64,000 nucleotides of DNA from Camelus ferus (Eukaryota), in contig NC_045698.1 of assembly GCF_009834535.1 (NCBI RefSeq), positions 4,218,001 through 4,282,000 of the forward strand. The letters are read 5' to 3'. Below are positions 51,413 to 64,000 of this stretch, in pieces; within the stretch, counting starts at the first letter, position 1, and every line of letters starts with the position of its first letter. A model generated the notes under the pieces. That model did no database searches and was not told where the DNA came from. It saw only the letters and a program-made list of their open reading frames with translations. The translations under genes and the position numbers were made by a program.

Positions 51413-51891
51413 TGTGAACGAAAAATACTGCAAACCATCTCCGTAAACCAGGAATGCTGAAGCCATCAAGTCATCAGCGGCTGCCGCCACCCCCCAGTGC
51501 AGACAAGCCTGCAGCCCGGCCTCTGCAGCCACTCACAGTGGTGCCCTCTGAGGGGACCCAGAATAAGAAAGGACAGGACTCTGGCCCTAGATAGCGAGGT
51601 GCTTGTCAAAGGAATGAATTCAGTGAGCCCAAATGTTTGCTTCCTCCCATACATAGAAAAGCACTGAATTCTTTAACTTGAGATGCCTGGTTTTCTTTAG
51701 ACAACAAGTAAGCTTTCATTGTTCCAACTACCTGGTCTTTGTTGTAAAGCTCCTATATATCCTAGCTCCTCCCCAACCTCTTCGGAGCAGTCCCTCAGAA
51801 CCATCTGAGAGGCTGTCATCCCAGCTCAAGTCCTCCCGCCAAATAAAACATAACTCTCAACTTTCAGGCTGTGCATTTATTTCAGTTGACA
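51413..51891 (+). mobile_element. ERV1-class solo LTR, 479 bp, with 4-bp TSD CTCC
   Basis: TG...CA termini with imperfect inverted ends (tgtgaacgaaaaata / tatttcagttgaca). TATA-like cctatata near 51752, AATAAA near 51842, and ctcc at 51409-51412 and 51892-51895. Confidence 0.9.
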
Positions 51892-54329
51892 CTCCCTAAA
51901 CCAAGGGAGTTGAAGTCTAAAATCAAAAGGCTAAAGAAAATTTCAAAAGCCTAAAAATATTTTAAAGAAAAAATTTTAAAGTGTAAAGAAATTAAAATGA
52001 GAGAAAACAAAAGAACCTCTAGTTTGCTCCACATTAACCCAGGGCCTCTGTCAGGCGTCCAGGCTGCCCTGGGTTCCTGTCCGTCGCTGCCCCTGACTTG
52101 TCTTCCCTGACTTCGTCACGGAGATTTCAAGACCTCAGAGGCTGAGTTCCTTCAACACAAGGCCCTTGTGAGCCTCACACTTTAAAGAATCCAAAGTGTT
52201 AATCAAAACTTTAAGACAATCTCGACCCTGGTGGCACCACGAATAGTAGAAAGCTCAGATCCCATGTACCTGGAGTCCATGGGTGTTCTACTCGCGTGGG
52301 TGTCTCGTGCGGGCCGGATGGCAGGGGGCAGGGGATGTGCACACTGCGCGGATTTGCCAGTCCTCAGGCCTCCTTTAAGGGCTCTCCTGTCTCACACGCA
52401 TGCTCCGCTGAGGCACAAGGAGGGCCCGTCCGGGTGCAGGGCCCAGGAAGCCAGCCCTGAACCTGGACTCCGTCACTTGTGATCTGAGCCTCGTCAAATA
52501 CGATCTCCCATCGTGCCTGGTCTTGACACTAGGCATTTAGGAAAGAAAAAAAATGAGCACTATCTCTTCATCTCAGAGAGTCATACATCAGACGTCTGTC
52601 CCTTCTGCGAAGACTAGAAATGTGCGATTGTGGCATGCCAGTCCCAGGGCTCATTTGAGAGACTCCTCCTCTCCTTTCTGCATGTTATGAACACTCTCAA
52701 TCTCCATTTTCCCTCAACTTCCCTCTTTCCTGCGGGCCCCAGTACTCCACGGATGGTGGGTTTTATCTAATGGCATCAGCTCTGCTTTCTCTTATAAGTC
52801 CACCAGGGCCACAGAGGTGGCTGCCACCCCTTCCCACTGTGGATTGTACAGGTCTGTGAAACTTGCCCCATCAGAACACTTTCCCCTCCTTCCCACCTGT
52901 ATCCCAACTGAAGAACCAGCCTCACTGACGCATGAACAAGCATGCTGGTGCTTCTGAAGTCCGCTTCCTCTGGACCCAAGGAGGACCTGCCGTGTGCTCT
53001 CCAGAAGCTTCTGTCCTCTCCCCTATAACCCAGGCTTTGGTCAGCATATCTGCTATGACATCAGTGTTCTTCCTCCAGTGGTGGAGGAAGTGGAGTGGAG
53101 TACTCCCCTAGTGTCTTATTTCCCCCTAAGCTCAGCTGAGTTCCTAACAGTTTGACATGCTTCTTAAGCTATTTCTTGCCTTTCCCCGTGAAATGGAAAG
53201 TTAGTACAACTTGCTGGAATTCAGCACCTTCCTTTGATCTTCTTTCAGCTTTCTACCCTCTGACATTTGTTTTTCTAGCGTATCGCACTAGATTTTGTCT
53301 TGGGAAGAATCCCATCATGAGAGAGACGAAATCTGGAAGTTCAAAATTGTCCAAAGACATCCCCTGCTCAAGGCAATATTGCCTGTGTGTCCCTGAGTTA
53401 GATAACCCTACCTGGAGACGGCCCTCATCAGAGCCAGCTGACTCCACCCCTAATCTCAAGTTCCACGTCCTGGCTCACCTTGAATCGCTCCTCATTCACG
53501 TGCCTTCTCTTGGGGTTCTAATTCCATGTGCAACTGCCGTGGATATGGTAGCGTGGGGTAAAGACATCAAAATAGCGATTGCACTGGCGCTTGCTTACAT
53601 GTTCTTTGCCCACTTTGTGCTGACATTCCCAGCCTCACTCTCTTAAATCTCTGGTTTCTGGCCTGTTAGACCTACAGCCTGTCTGTCCCCTGTGGCTCTG
53701 AGATGGTGGCCCAGATGCCCACGCCTTCCTGGGGAGTCACCCCAGGCTGTTTTCTGAGACCCCCCACCAATAGATTTTTCTGGTGCCTTGTTACCCTTAC
53801 TGATCTGACAAAAACCACGAAATTTTCTCATTGTAAATACTTTCCTTAAGAGAAGTTATATGGAATACATCTCATTTTCCCAGTCATATCTGAAGACCTC
53901 TGTGTTCACACGTTTCTCCAGTGTGGTCACTCTGCTTCTGCCCCTGTTTTGAGTCTAAGTCTGAAGAACAGGCTTAATACCATTGCAGCTCCTCCCAGAT
54001 TCCCAGAGACAAACGAATGTGAACACGGTCACTTCGGCAATTCCCTAACCATTGGTTTTACAAGAACTTTGTTCCATTGTTTTCCTCCATCTTAATCCAG
54101 GTGGATCATGTATTTTCTTCATCATCAGGGCCCTATTATTTTATTTGTACGTTACTAAAATTGACCGCCTTGTGTGAGTAGAACCATCATTTGGGGTTTG
54201 GGACTCTAAAACCTAAAGCTACATCCGAGTTTGTGGGAGGCACAAAAATCAAGGCACCCGGGGGCCGGTCTCCATCTCCCCAGGTGCTTCCTTCCAGCTC
54301 CAAGGCTTTAAAAATTCCACTCTTAGACT

Positions 54330-55240
54330 GACAACTTGCAAATTAATATTTCACCTGAGTGCCAAACTAGGTCTTCTCAGCATCTCCTGAGGATTTCTAA
54401 TCAGCATCACAAATTAATATATCTAAGACCAAATTCTCCATCCCCCCACTGGAAACTTGCTCCTCCCACGTCTCTCCCTCCTCAGTAATCTGTTCCCAGT
54501 TCCCACTTGTGCAAACAAAAACTTAGATTTCCCTCTTGGTTGCTACCTTGATTTTCTTGATCCCCACTTCATCAGAAAATCTTATTGTCATGCCTCCAAA
54601 ATGCTTCCCAAATACACACTCCTCTTCATGCTTATCTCTACCACCCTCTTCCAACCTCCATCATCTCTCACCTGACCTGTCTGTCTGCATCACTTTCCTG
54701 TGATACTGAGACCACAAAAACTGGAGTGAATCAGAGTGAATCCTCTAAGTAACAGCACAGCTTCTGATTCTTCCTAGAGTATAACTCATCTTGTGGCCAA
54801 ACAGCTCATCCATAACCTTCCCTTAACCCTACCTGCCCTCTCCCTCGCAGGCCACCATTTTTCAGCCACATGAATTCTTTATCTGCTCCTAAAAGTACAC
54901 CCAAGCTCACCCCATACCTGGTGATCACTCACTAGCCAGTCCTTTTCTTGGACTGTTCTTTCCTTGAGTCTTTATGCGGCTGACTCTTCCATGTGGATCT
55001 TGGCTCAATGCTCCTCTTTAGTGGGACTTTCAATGACCACCCAATCAAAATTACCCCTCCCTCATTCTCTGTCATCAGATGGCCCCATTCCATGTCTTAC
55101 ATTACACTTATCCCACTGTCTGGAATAATCTGGTTTGTTTATTTATCCACTTGTTCGTTATGTATCCTAGACTTGTCAGCTCTGTGAGAGCAGTTACCTT
55201 CACTGTGGTATTTCCTCTCAGTTCCCGTAACAGTGCCTGG
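54330..55240 (+). mobile_element. L2 fragment
   Basis: cagcatcacaaattaatatatctaagaccaaattctcc...ttgctcctccc...ctcagtaat...gtaacagtgcctggca. Confidence 0.7.
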
Positions 55241-55769
55241 CAGAGCAAGAGGGAGCATCTGCCTTGCGCATCTCAAACCAAAAGGCTGCCTGAGCAGTGC
55301 ACCACTTGCAAGAAGTGAGATGACTCAGTTAAGTCCTGATAAGAAAAAAGAGGACCCAGAGAACTGAGGTGACAACACGAAGAAAAATACCATTTCTCTT
55401 CCCAAAAGAGCCCAGAGTAAGAGAGTTGAAAACTTATTTGGTAAGGTTGCTGCTGGAAACCAGAGAAGCAAAGCAAAGCAAATCCCCTCCTGTGTTTCCG
55501 ACCCCGTGAACTGCAGCCCCACCCATCATCACAGAAGCCAGCATGTCACACCCTACTCTCTTTGACTCCAAACAGCAGGAGAAACTCCTGATTCTATTTC
55601 TTCCACCGCCTGCCTCTGCTTCCCCTTTTTACACCCCTACTGCCACAGGCTTGGTTCTGGCCTCACCATCTTCAGCTTGATCACTGCAGCAGTCACTCCA
55701 TCGACAAACCCATCCTCCACCAAGTGGATCTTCCAAAATTGTCTCTCATCATGCCACTCGCTGTTTGAA

Positions 55770-56910
55770 AAACCAGGTTAGCTAGGGGCAGGGAAAATAC
55801 AATAAAAGACGAGTTTGGACCATTTTTTGGTGCCTTCAAGTAAGAAGTTGCTCAAAAATAGAAAGAAGGAAAGGAAGGAAGAGAGGGAGGAAGGAGGGAA
55901 GGAAACACGTCAAAAAGACACAAGAGTCAACCTGATAAAGCTCTCTATGACCAAAGCTAAAACAAGTTCAGCAATAAAACACATAGTAATGATAGTATTG
56001 GATTATAACTCAAAGACTCAAATAAATATCCAAGTGCATACTGATATGAACAACTGATTGAATCAATCAATCAATCACAAATATCCCTTAGAGAGTAATG
56101 CTCACAAATAAGCATAGAAGGGATGAGGGAAATAAAAAGTCACCATTAGAAGACCACAGTAAAAATTCTTGCAGGCAAGGCTCACTGATGAATGCTAACA
56201 CTGAAGGGCAAAAACTTAAGGAGAAAGATACTATTTAATTTTTGTGTTGGGGGGTAGGTAGTTAGGTTTATTTATTTATTTATTTTTAGAGCAGGTGTTG
56301 GGGATTGAACCCAGGACCTCATGCATGCTAAGTACGTGCTCTACGGCTGAGCTATACCCTCCCTCTTATATTTATTTAACCTCAAAGTATCTTCCCCAAA
56401 ATTAAATTGAGAAACGTGGTAACTTTATAATGGAGAATCCCCACCAGCAACACCTTTATCAAGTGATCGAGGTTAACATCACGAGGACTGAGCGCTCCTC
56501 GCATCCATGTGCTGAGAACAGTCCACCACCTCTGTGGTACTCTTCCTCAAAATCCTTAACCTCGATCTGATTGTGAGAAAACATCACACAAACCCAGAGA
56601 GAGAGATGTTTTACAAAACACCTGACCAATAGTCTTCAGACATGTCAGGACAATGAAACGTTTAGGGGACACAGAGAAAAAGATTGGCAGAGGCTAAGGA
56701 AACACAAGGCTGATGAAATGCATCATGGAAACTGGTTTGGTTGGATCCCTTAACAGAAAAGGACGTTAGTGGGAAAACATGAAATCTTAAGAGTTTGCAG
56801 TTTCATCGATAATATTATACCAATGGCAGTTTTTAGTTTTGACAAACACATTTTCTATCTTTGCAATGCTTCTATTAATCTAAAATTATTTTAAATAAAG
56901 AGTAAAGAAT
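55770..56910 (+). mobile_element. L1MC/MD-like 3' UTR fragment
   Basis: gttagctaggggcagggaaaatac...gtattggattataactcaaaga...aactttataatggagaatc...acctttatcaagtgatcgaggttaacatcac...ctaaaattattttaaataaa. Confidence 0.75.
56236..56363 (-). mobile_element. tRNA-derived SINE, camelid Vic-1-like
   Basis: Minus strand reads gggagggtatagctcagccgtagagcacgtacttagcatgcatgaggtcctgggttcaatccccaacacc, then (aaat)n and an A-rich tail. A-box-like TAGCTCAGCCG and B-box GGTTCAATCCC are present. Inserted in an older L1. Confidence 0.85.
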
Positions 56911-56924
56911 AAAATGTTAAGGCC

Positions 56925-57420
56925 CTTAGCTAGCTTGCCATGATCACTAGATTGTAAACTCTTTGCTGTGACACTGGAACCACCCACGATCTTAGCTCCT
57001 ATTGCTCTCTGTCTGGTTCCATGTGGAATGATCCTTCGTAACAGTTTCCCTCCATTGCCCCCCCCCCATATACTGAAATTGCATCACTCTCCAACCACAC
57101 TAAGATGCTCAAAGGCCCTCAAAGGCAGCACCTGCTTCATACTCATGGCCCTTGAGATTTCCTCTCTCTTTCTTGGATTCTGCTTCTCAACCAACTCCTT
57201 TTTCAAAATTCAAATCAAAAGTCACTTTTGCATAACTTTCCTGAGCTCTCACTTCCATGATAGGCAGATAAACTGTTCCTTCTTCATGTGGCCCCCGGTT
57301 CTGCACACACTGTGCTTACCTCTACCACAGCCAAGGACAGGACTCGTGCATGTTTATCTCTACTGTCCTCAATCAATACTAACTATGCGTGAGGTTAATT
57401 GGGAAGGACAGTCTTCCTGG
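56925..57420 (+). mobile_element. L2 fragment
   Basis: gtaaactctttgctgtgacac...ctcctttttcaaaattcaaatcaaaagtcactttt...gggaaggacagtct. Confidence 0.5.
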
Positions 57421-60400
57421 AGCTGGATGAACCTGTCTAGCTAATCAGGATTTGCAGACAGAGCCTTGCAGGAGGTGGTGGGGGAGGTACTGGCAGTGTG
57501 CGTCCTGGGGGGTGGAGCTCATCCATCACTGCCCTCGCCTTCCAGACCTGCCAGCAGCCAACTGTAAAGTTTCTGCAGGAAAGGTCATTTCCTTGAGTTC
57601 TGTGAAAAACCAGTGTCTAAGCTAAAATGTGTAACAATCATAAAGAAAAGTTTACTCCTCAAGAAAATAGTTGCTTTTAGATGTAGCAGAATGTAAACAG
57701 CGTTATTGAGACACAGACAGGAACTAGGCTTACTCCTCATTAAATCAATTCCTTTAGTAGGCGGTGCTTTCTGTAGCCAGCTTGTGTTAGCCCATGTATT
57801 TAAAAGTAAGAAAACTGCATTCCTTCATAAAAGCCTACATCTCACATTTTTCACAATTTTGCAAGACCTGCTCCTCTCTGCCTGCACAAAGCCAAGTGAC
57901 AGCAGATTCTGGTCGGGCACTGCTCACTCACAGCAGTGCCCTTGGAGATTCGGAAAGGGAGAGGTCTGTCTGCCTTGTGATTCTGAGTCCGTCCTCGCTC
58001 TGACCTGACGTCGGCCGTTCTCCCAGACCACGAGCTTACTGAAGTGAGAGCACTTTGAGCCTTGCTTTTCTAGGTCAGTGAAGACTTTTTTTTTTTTTTT
58101 TTTAATTTTACCTGGTATATGCTTTTTCACATTGATTTCTCACAATTCCAAACTGGAGTTCAAATAATAGGTGCCACAATGTGTCTCAGATTTCAAAGCC
58201 CACTCTTGATTCACAACACTTACTCTCTCATTCATGGGCCCTTACGTAATTCTGTACCCCCGCCTCCGTATTGATTCCCCACCTCCACCTTCAGTATTTG
58301 ATCACAGGGGTGAGAGTAGCCAAACGTGTCCCTGTAGCTTTTGGAGCTAGACTCAAATGCAGTTCTTTTTTCTCATTAATGCAGGGGGAAAAGAAGAGAA
58401 AGGAAAGGAAAGAGCACTCAATGCTCAGAGAAGCCCACTATTTTTTGAAAATGATGCTTTTATTGAGTTCCTTTTCACAACAGGGCACTGAAAGGAGAGC
58501 TCTGAGCAGCTCCTGCTGTTTCCTTCCATCTCCTTGGCCCCAGGGACAGGCGGGGAGGTCAGCAATGTCTGGCCCATCCCCTCCGGTCTCTGTCAAGAAG
58601 TGGGGCAGAAGAAGCCTGGCATCTGCCTGCCCTCAGAATATCTCCCGGTGATCCGCCACAGGGGTCCCTTTTGCCCTCTCTAAGCCCCTGTACAAAAGCA
58701 CAGACATGGTCACAGTGATGCTTCTCTTCCACCTATGGCAGCTCTGGATTGTCCTCGCATCATGGAAATATCTAACAATTTCCACATACATTCAGGGCAC
58801 ACTTAACCAATGATTTTATCCCTCCCAGCCAACTAGCCTAAAATTGTGAAATTCTTTCTTTTACCTCTACTTATACCCCCTCCCCTGCAGCCCACCCCAC
58901 TGGTCACCAAGGGCGGAGGCTGCCCCTCAGAAAGTCCTCTGAGGTGTAGCCCCTTTTACTATCTTCAGTGCTCTGGTGAAGGATCAGCCTTGCTGTTTCT
59001 ACCCTGGAACTACAATTAAGGATAGCTTTTACATCCCTTTGCAGAGGCTACAAGGAAGAAGTAACTAGGAAGAGGAAACAGATGGGTCTCATCCCCAGAA
59101 GCAAAGGTGAGCTAGTGGAGGATTAATTCAAGGGATAAATGGGAGCAGGAGAGATGCAGGCTGGTCTTGTTTCCATCACACCTAAGATCCAGAGTAAAAT
59201 GTAGCCCCAAATTTGTGTAAATAGGCAACTTTCTCCATTGCTGGCTTCTGAGCTATGCTTTCTGCTTCTTGTTGAAAAGTAGCTGGTCCTTAGAACTTCT
59301 CAGAAGGTTCTGCACTGTTGTACCCATGTTGGAATACAGCCAGAGAATGCAGTGAAGGGGAAAAGGGGCAGGAGGTGTTAGGAAGCAAACTTTGCAATCA
59401 TATCTTTTTCCACACTGGACTGAGAGTAGAAAACTTAAAAATGGGAGGTGACCTCAGAAGAAGGAAGAAGGAAGAGGAAAAGAATGAAGGAGCAGTTCTT
59501 TTCTCCATCTTGCAGACTCTGACCTCAGCCTTCAGACCTGCCACATATTGTCACTGCTTAGCTTCCTCCAATCCCCAACAACACGCTCTCTGCTGCTTTC
59601 CCTTCTCCCATTGGGTGCCAGGGAACTCAACAAGAGACAGGCCAACTCCTAGGAGTTATAAGAAGCAGTTGCTATTAACACCTCTTTCCTGTCACTCCCA
59701 ACTCCTGTTCGGCCAGTTTACACAGACATAGCTGAGTTTATGTTCTAACCACCCTGAATAAGCCAGAACTGCCTGAACTCTCCAGAAACTTAGTTTTCCC
59801 ATTATAATTGTAAGTGGACTTTGATTAGGATTATGACTTAAATTCAACCATCTCATTTAGCACCTTTATTTCATTTGATAATTAGCTGGGTTTAAAAAAA
59901 ATTAAGTGCTATTTAATTCAGGTTGGCCCAGAGGTATAAAAATACAGCTCATCATTTAAAAAATACAGCAGAAAACATTCCCAGTTGTATGTTCTTCAGG
60001 CTCTTGTAGCATGAAGCAGTGTATATAAGCTTGTTAACATTTGAGTCACTATAAATTAAAAAATTTTCCTGGACTCCTAGTGTTAATATAAGTTTTAGCC
60101 TAAAGATACTTCAACACATGAAAACATACTAATAAAACAAAATATGAAATTTTTATGCTTGTAACTTTTACACAACTCTAAAACCAAAATAAGTTGAAAA
60201 AGCAAATTGCCATTTTTAGTTCTAATTTATTAATTATACACTTTTAGTACCATGAATTACTTTACTCTACTGAAACTAAATCCATGTTCACAATATGAAC
60301 ATGGTGTAGACTGTTCTTGTGCGGGTTGCACTTGACTTGGCAAGTCCCGCAGTGTAAACAACCATGTTCCTGGGATAATCCCAATGGCTTTGAAGCCGCA

Positions 60401-60429
60401 GTGAACAGTCTGGATCAGATGTGCTATGA

Positions 60430-63400
60430 ACAACAGAAAAGGAGGAGGAAGAAGATGGAAAATGTATATCTGAAAAGTAATGGCTCAGAACTCTATTATA
60501 TTGATAAAGGACATCACCTAGATATACCCAAATCCTTAAATTCCAAAGACAAATTTTTAAGAAAGATAGTTCCTTATTCAGAAATGATAGAGAAGCTTAT
60601 ATCAATTCAGCCCAAGGTGATAAAAATTACAAACTCTATGGGGAAAAAAAAAAAAACTAGAGGCACTGGAGATGAGCCTGGAGAAGAAGGAAACAGGGAG
60701 ACAGGATCCTAGGAGGAAGGGAAGCAACTGCATGAGCACAGCACAGAGCACTTAACCAGGCCTTTCTCTGAGGACATGTCTGATTCACAGCAGCACATCA
60801 GGGCACACAGCTCAAACATAAGGTGGCAGTCTTGCTGGGATGGAAAAAATGGGGCTGAAATGATTGGAAATTGGGGCGGGGGTGGGGAGTCCTGGAAAGG
60901 AAGAAGACACAAAACCTTTATATTACATTGAGTCAGATCATTGCATGACTTCAAGAAGCGCAACAGAAATATTTCGGAAGCCACCTACTGCTAGGAAGAC
61001 AGAGACTGGCATCAGAGTCCCACCACGTCAGACAAGCTGGCTGAACGCCTCAAGCTCCCGCGGAAATCACTGAGGCGTCACACAGTAGGAACAAATACCA
61101 CATCTTAGGACCAACAAAGTCACACTCTGACCAAGAGCAAAATCTACTCTTTTCCTAACAAAGCCTGAAACCAACTCTCAACAGGATTGAGGTGCTCACC
61201 CAGAAATGTAACTGCCTTCCAGAGCAAATACTGCATCCTGTAGAGGAAGATATCAAAATCCACAGTTTCTACAACATTCTGTCCCAAAATTGAGCATAAA
61301 GTAAAAAAATTACTAGACATGAAAAAGAACAGAAAAAAACGGTAACCATATGAAAGAGGGAGGAGGAGTTAATAGACTAGACACGCAAATGACCAAGGCT
61401 TTTGAATGAACAGAAAAAGATTTATAGGGTAAAACAACTGTCTAACAATGAATTGAAGTCCTTGGGAAAAAAAGAAAGAAAGAAAATGGAAAGTAGCAGG
61501 AAAAATGCTGAAGAAGTGATAGGGCATAATTTTCGAAACTTAGGAAAACAAATAAATAAAAATAAATCAATTCAAAATTCTAGGTGGCTCAGGTAATGGC
61601 AAGCAGGATGGGGAAAAAAGAAGAACAAAAGGAAAGAAAAAGCATACCTGAACATTTCATAATCAAAGCACTGAAAGCTAAAAATGTAAAGGGAATCTTA
61701 AAAAGGAACTGAAAGTTTTCTTGCCTCAGATCTGACAAGTAAGGAGCTTGGAAGCCATCATTCCTATCCATCCTTAGATGCTCAACAAACCAAAAAACAA
61801 AGTCTTTTCTTGGTTTTATCAGAAAAAATACAGTGAAAGGCAGACCACTAATCCTCAAATCTGGGGAGACAGGCATAACCAGAGAGATACAGCCATCAAG
61901 ATCTGCTTACCTGGAGCAGAAGCCACTGAAGCCATCAGCTGGTGAGACACTTACACAGTAATTTGAGTTACTAGAGGCTACATGTGGACCAGCAAGAGAG
62001 CGAGAAGGTCCTAGAAACCATGGTCTTGAGGGGTGAAGGGGGGCGGGGATGCACACTTTGGCTTTACTACTGGGAACCACACCAGGTTTTCCCAGTGAAG
62101 ACCTGAGAAAGATCCCCTTGTGGCAGGAAGAAGGGAAGGTTAATCAGAAAACTTCACCCAGATCTTCTCCATAGCAAAGGCCCGCTCTCCAGGGAAAACA
62201 CACCTCCGGACCTTACCCCAAGTGGGTTAGGGGCTTTCATCCCACTCCAGCTGCCTCTAGCCCTCCTGTTTCATCTAAGGGAAAAATTAGTCACCAGGAA
62301 CCAGGCTTCAAGAAAATAGAATGAGGCAAGGGAAGAGGGAACAGGAGGGGAAAACCTGCACTAACAGAGAAAAGCTGGTGAGGGTCAGCCCCCAGGTACA
62401 GGCCCCCTGCGTCACTGAGGCTTAACCAGAAGATTACAGCGCACTCTCCCTTCCCTACACCTTTCCGCCAACACCAGCAGGACCCCAGTATAACAGTGGG
62501 TAAGAGCCAACATTTCTGCAAGGTGCAGACTGTCTAAGAAGAGTCCTAAGGGAACCTCAAAGACAACAGGAGAGACAAAGACACAGAAACTAGAGGAGTT
62601 TTAAGCCCCTAACACCTACAGCTACAGTTAACATCTAAAAAAAAAAAAAAAAAAACCCAAGTCCTCACCAGTTTAACATAAATCCTCACAATAAAGACTT
62701 CCTTATCTCCATTCATATTATATGCCCTTCAGAAAATTACAAGACATGCAATAGACAGGAAATTTAAAATAACTATAATTAGTACGTCAAGGACTCTAGT
62801 GGGAAGAATTAGCAACGTGCGAGAACAGATGATTCCATGCACTGAACGTTTGTGTCCCCCAGATTCATATGCCGAAGTCTTACCCCAGTGTGATGGTGTT
62901 AGACAGTGGCGCCTTAGGAAAGTGATTAGGTGATCACAGTGGATCTGCACGACGGGATTAGTGCCCTTACAAAGAAGCACTAAAAATCTCCCTTGCTCCT
63001 TCTGCCATGTGAGGTTATAGCAAAAACAAAAAACAAAAAACAAAAAAACAGCCATCTAAGAAACAAACTCTCACCAGATACGAAATCTGCTGCTGCCTCT
63101 ATCTTGGACTTCCAGCCTCCAGAACTGTAAGAAACAAATGTCTGCTGTGTATGAGCCACCCAGTCTACAGTATCTTGTTACAGCAGCCCAAAAAAGAAGA
63201 TGACAAATGGTTAACATACGCAGAGAGATGGAAATTCTAAGAAAGAACTGCAAATAAATGCCAGAAATAAGAAGCCCTGTGACAAGTAAAAACTGCTTTT
63301 AATGGACTCGCCAGTGGACTAAACAAGGTCATGGGAACAATCAGTGAGCTTAAAGACACAGTAATAGAAATTTCTCAAACTGAAGGAGAAGAGCTTAAAA

Positions 63401-64000
63401 ACTAGACAAACAACAACAGAAAAGGACATCCAAAAGCTATGGAACAATTTCAAAAGTTGGAACCGCAGAGGGAGAAGAAAGAGAGAACCGAGTAGATGAA
63501 ATATGTGAAGTAATGACAGCTGGACTCCTCCAAAATCAATGACAACACCGAGCCATGCATCAAGGAGGCTCGGAGAACACCAAGCAGGATTAGTACCAAA
63601 TACACACACTCAGCTCCAGATACAATTCATCCAAACTGCAGAAAACCAACGACAAAGAGACAATCTTAAAGCCAGGGAGGAAAACTCTAATCCACTGAAA
63701 AATGAAGATATGAGCTAGTGTTTCTCATCAGAAATAAGAAGAAAGTGTTGTAAAATATTTCAAACATTGGAAGAAAAAAAAACCATATAGAATACTATAT
63801 CCAGGGACGTTGTCCTTCAAAATGAAGAACGAATAAAGACTTTCTGAGACAAATAAACTGAGGGAATTTGTTGTCAGGAGATCAGGCCTGCAAGAAAAGT
63901 GAAAATACATTGTTTCACTAAAAAGAAGGAAAATGATAGAGATCAGAAACCTGGGTCTACATTTTTTGAAAAGAAAATGCATTCTAGAAGGAGCAAATGA
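60430..64000 (+). mobile_element. Ancient L1 5' UTR and ORF1 remnants, more than one element, running past the window end
   Basis: ORF1-like decayed motifs: gcagagagatggaaattctaagaaagaa, aatcagtgagcttaaagacacagtaatagaaatttctcaaactgaa, gaagtaatgacagctggactcctccaaaatcaatgaca, tagaatactatatccagg...tccttcaaaatgaag. GC-richer 5' UTR-like DNA at about 60.7-61.2 and 61.7-62.6 kb. Confidence 0.75.
62833..63205 (+). mobile_element. MLT1A-like MaLR LTR inserted into L1 ORF1
   Basis: actgaacgtttgtgtcccccagattcatatg...gggattagtgccctta...tcttggacttccagcctccagaactgtaagaaacaaat...gttacagcagccca. L1 ORF1 is continuous across it, with flanks gatga/aatgg as a decayed TSD. Confidence 0.88.

Noticed and set aside
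56290..56363. tRNA gene
   Set aside because: It has a SINE-type (AAAT)n tail and lies inside an L1, so it is a tRNA-derived SINE rather than a tRNA gene.
60352..60365. miR-30 homologue (TGTAAACA seed in the hairpin)
   Set aside because: Only the 8-mer matches. The following bases differ from miR-30 (UGUAAACAUCC) and it lies on the wrong arm.
60317..60712. 131-aa ORF as a host gene
   Set aside because: It overlaps decayed L1 ORF1-like sequence and an A-run and has a non-ATG start.
1..64000. Prokaryote-type systems (CRISPR array, operon, retron, defence island)
   Set aside because: The window is mammalian DNA dominated by eutherian transposons, with no gene-dense ORF structure and no regularly spaced repeats.

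Overview
This is mammalian, repeat-rich, non-coding DNA. A tRNA-derived SINE at about 56.24-56.36 kb resembles the camelid Vic-1 family, so the source is most likely a camel, llama or alpaca. I recognise no protein-coding gene, processed pseudogene or canonical RNA gene. The supplied ORFs are chance frames or decayed L1 pieces, so the window is intergenic or deep intronic. It is dominated by transposon fossils: ERVL/MaLR solo LTRs (MER21, MER68, LTR16, LTR33, MLT1), two ERV1-type solo LTRs with exact 4-bp target-site duplications (TSDs), old L1 ORF1/ORF2/3' segments, younger L1 3' stubs, L2, MIR and MER5, with several nested insertions. The unique DNA contains a GC/CpG-rich block (about 8.3-13.4 kb) with a borderline orphan CpG island, CTCF-like motifs and a G-quadruplex tract. 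It also has AT-rich, motif-dense blocks that look like enhancers (29.4-30.6, 34.0-35.6 and 46.0-46.5 kb). The best lead is a perfect RFX X-box plus a perfect CRE at about 35 kb, next to splice signals that could define an unannotated minus-strand lncRNA. The sequence alone does not support a new biological system. Repeat family names come from memory of consensus sequences, and boundaries without a TSD are approximate.
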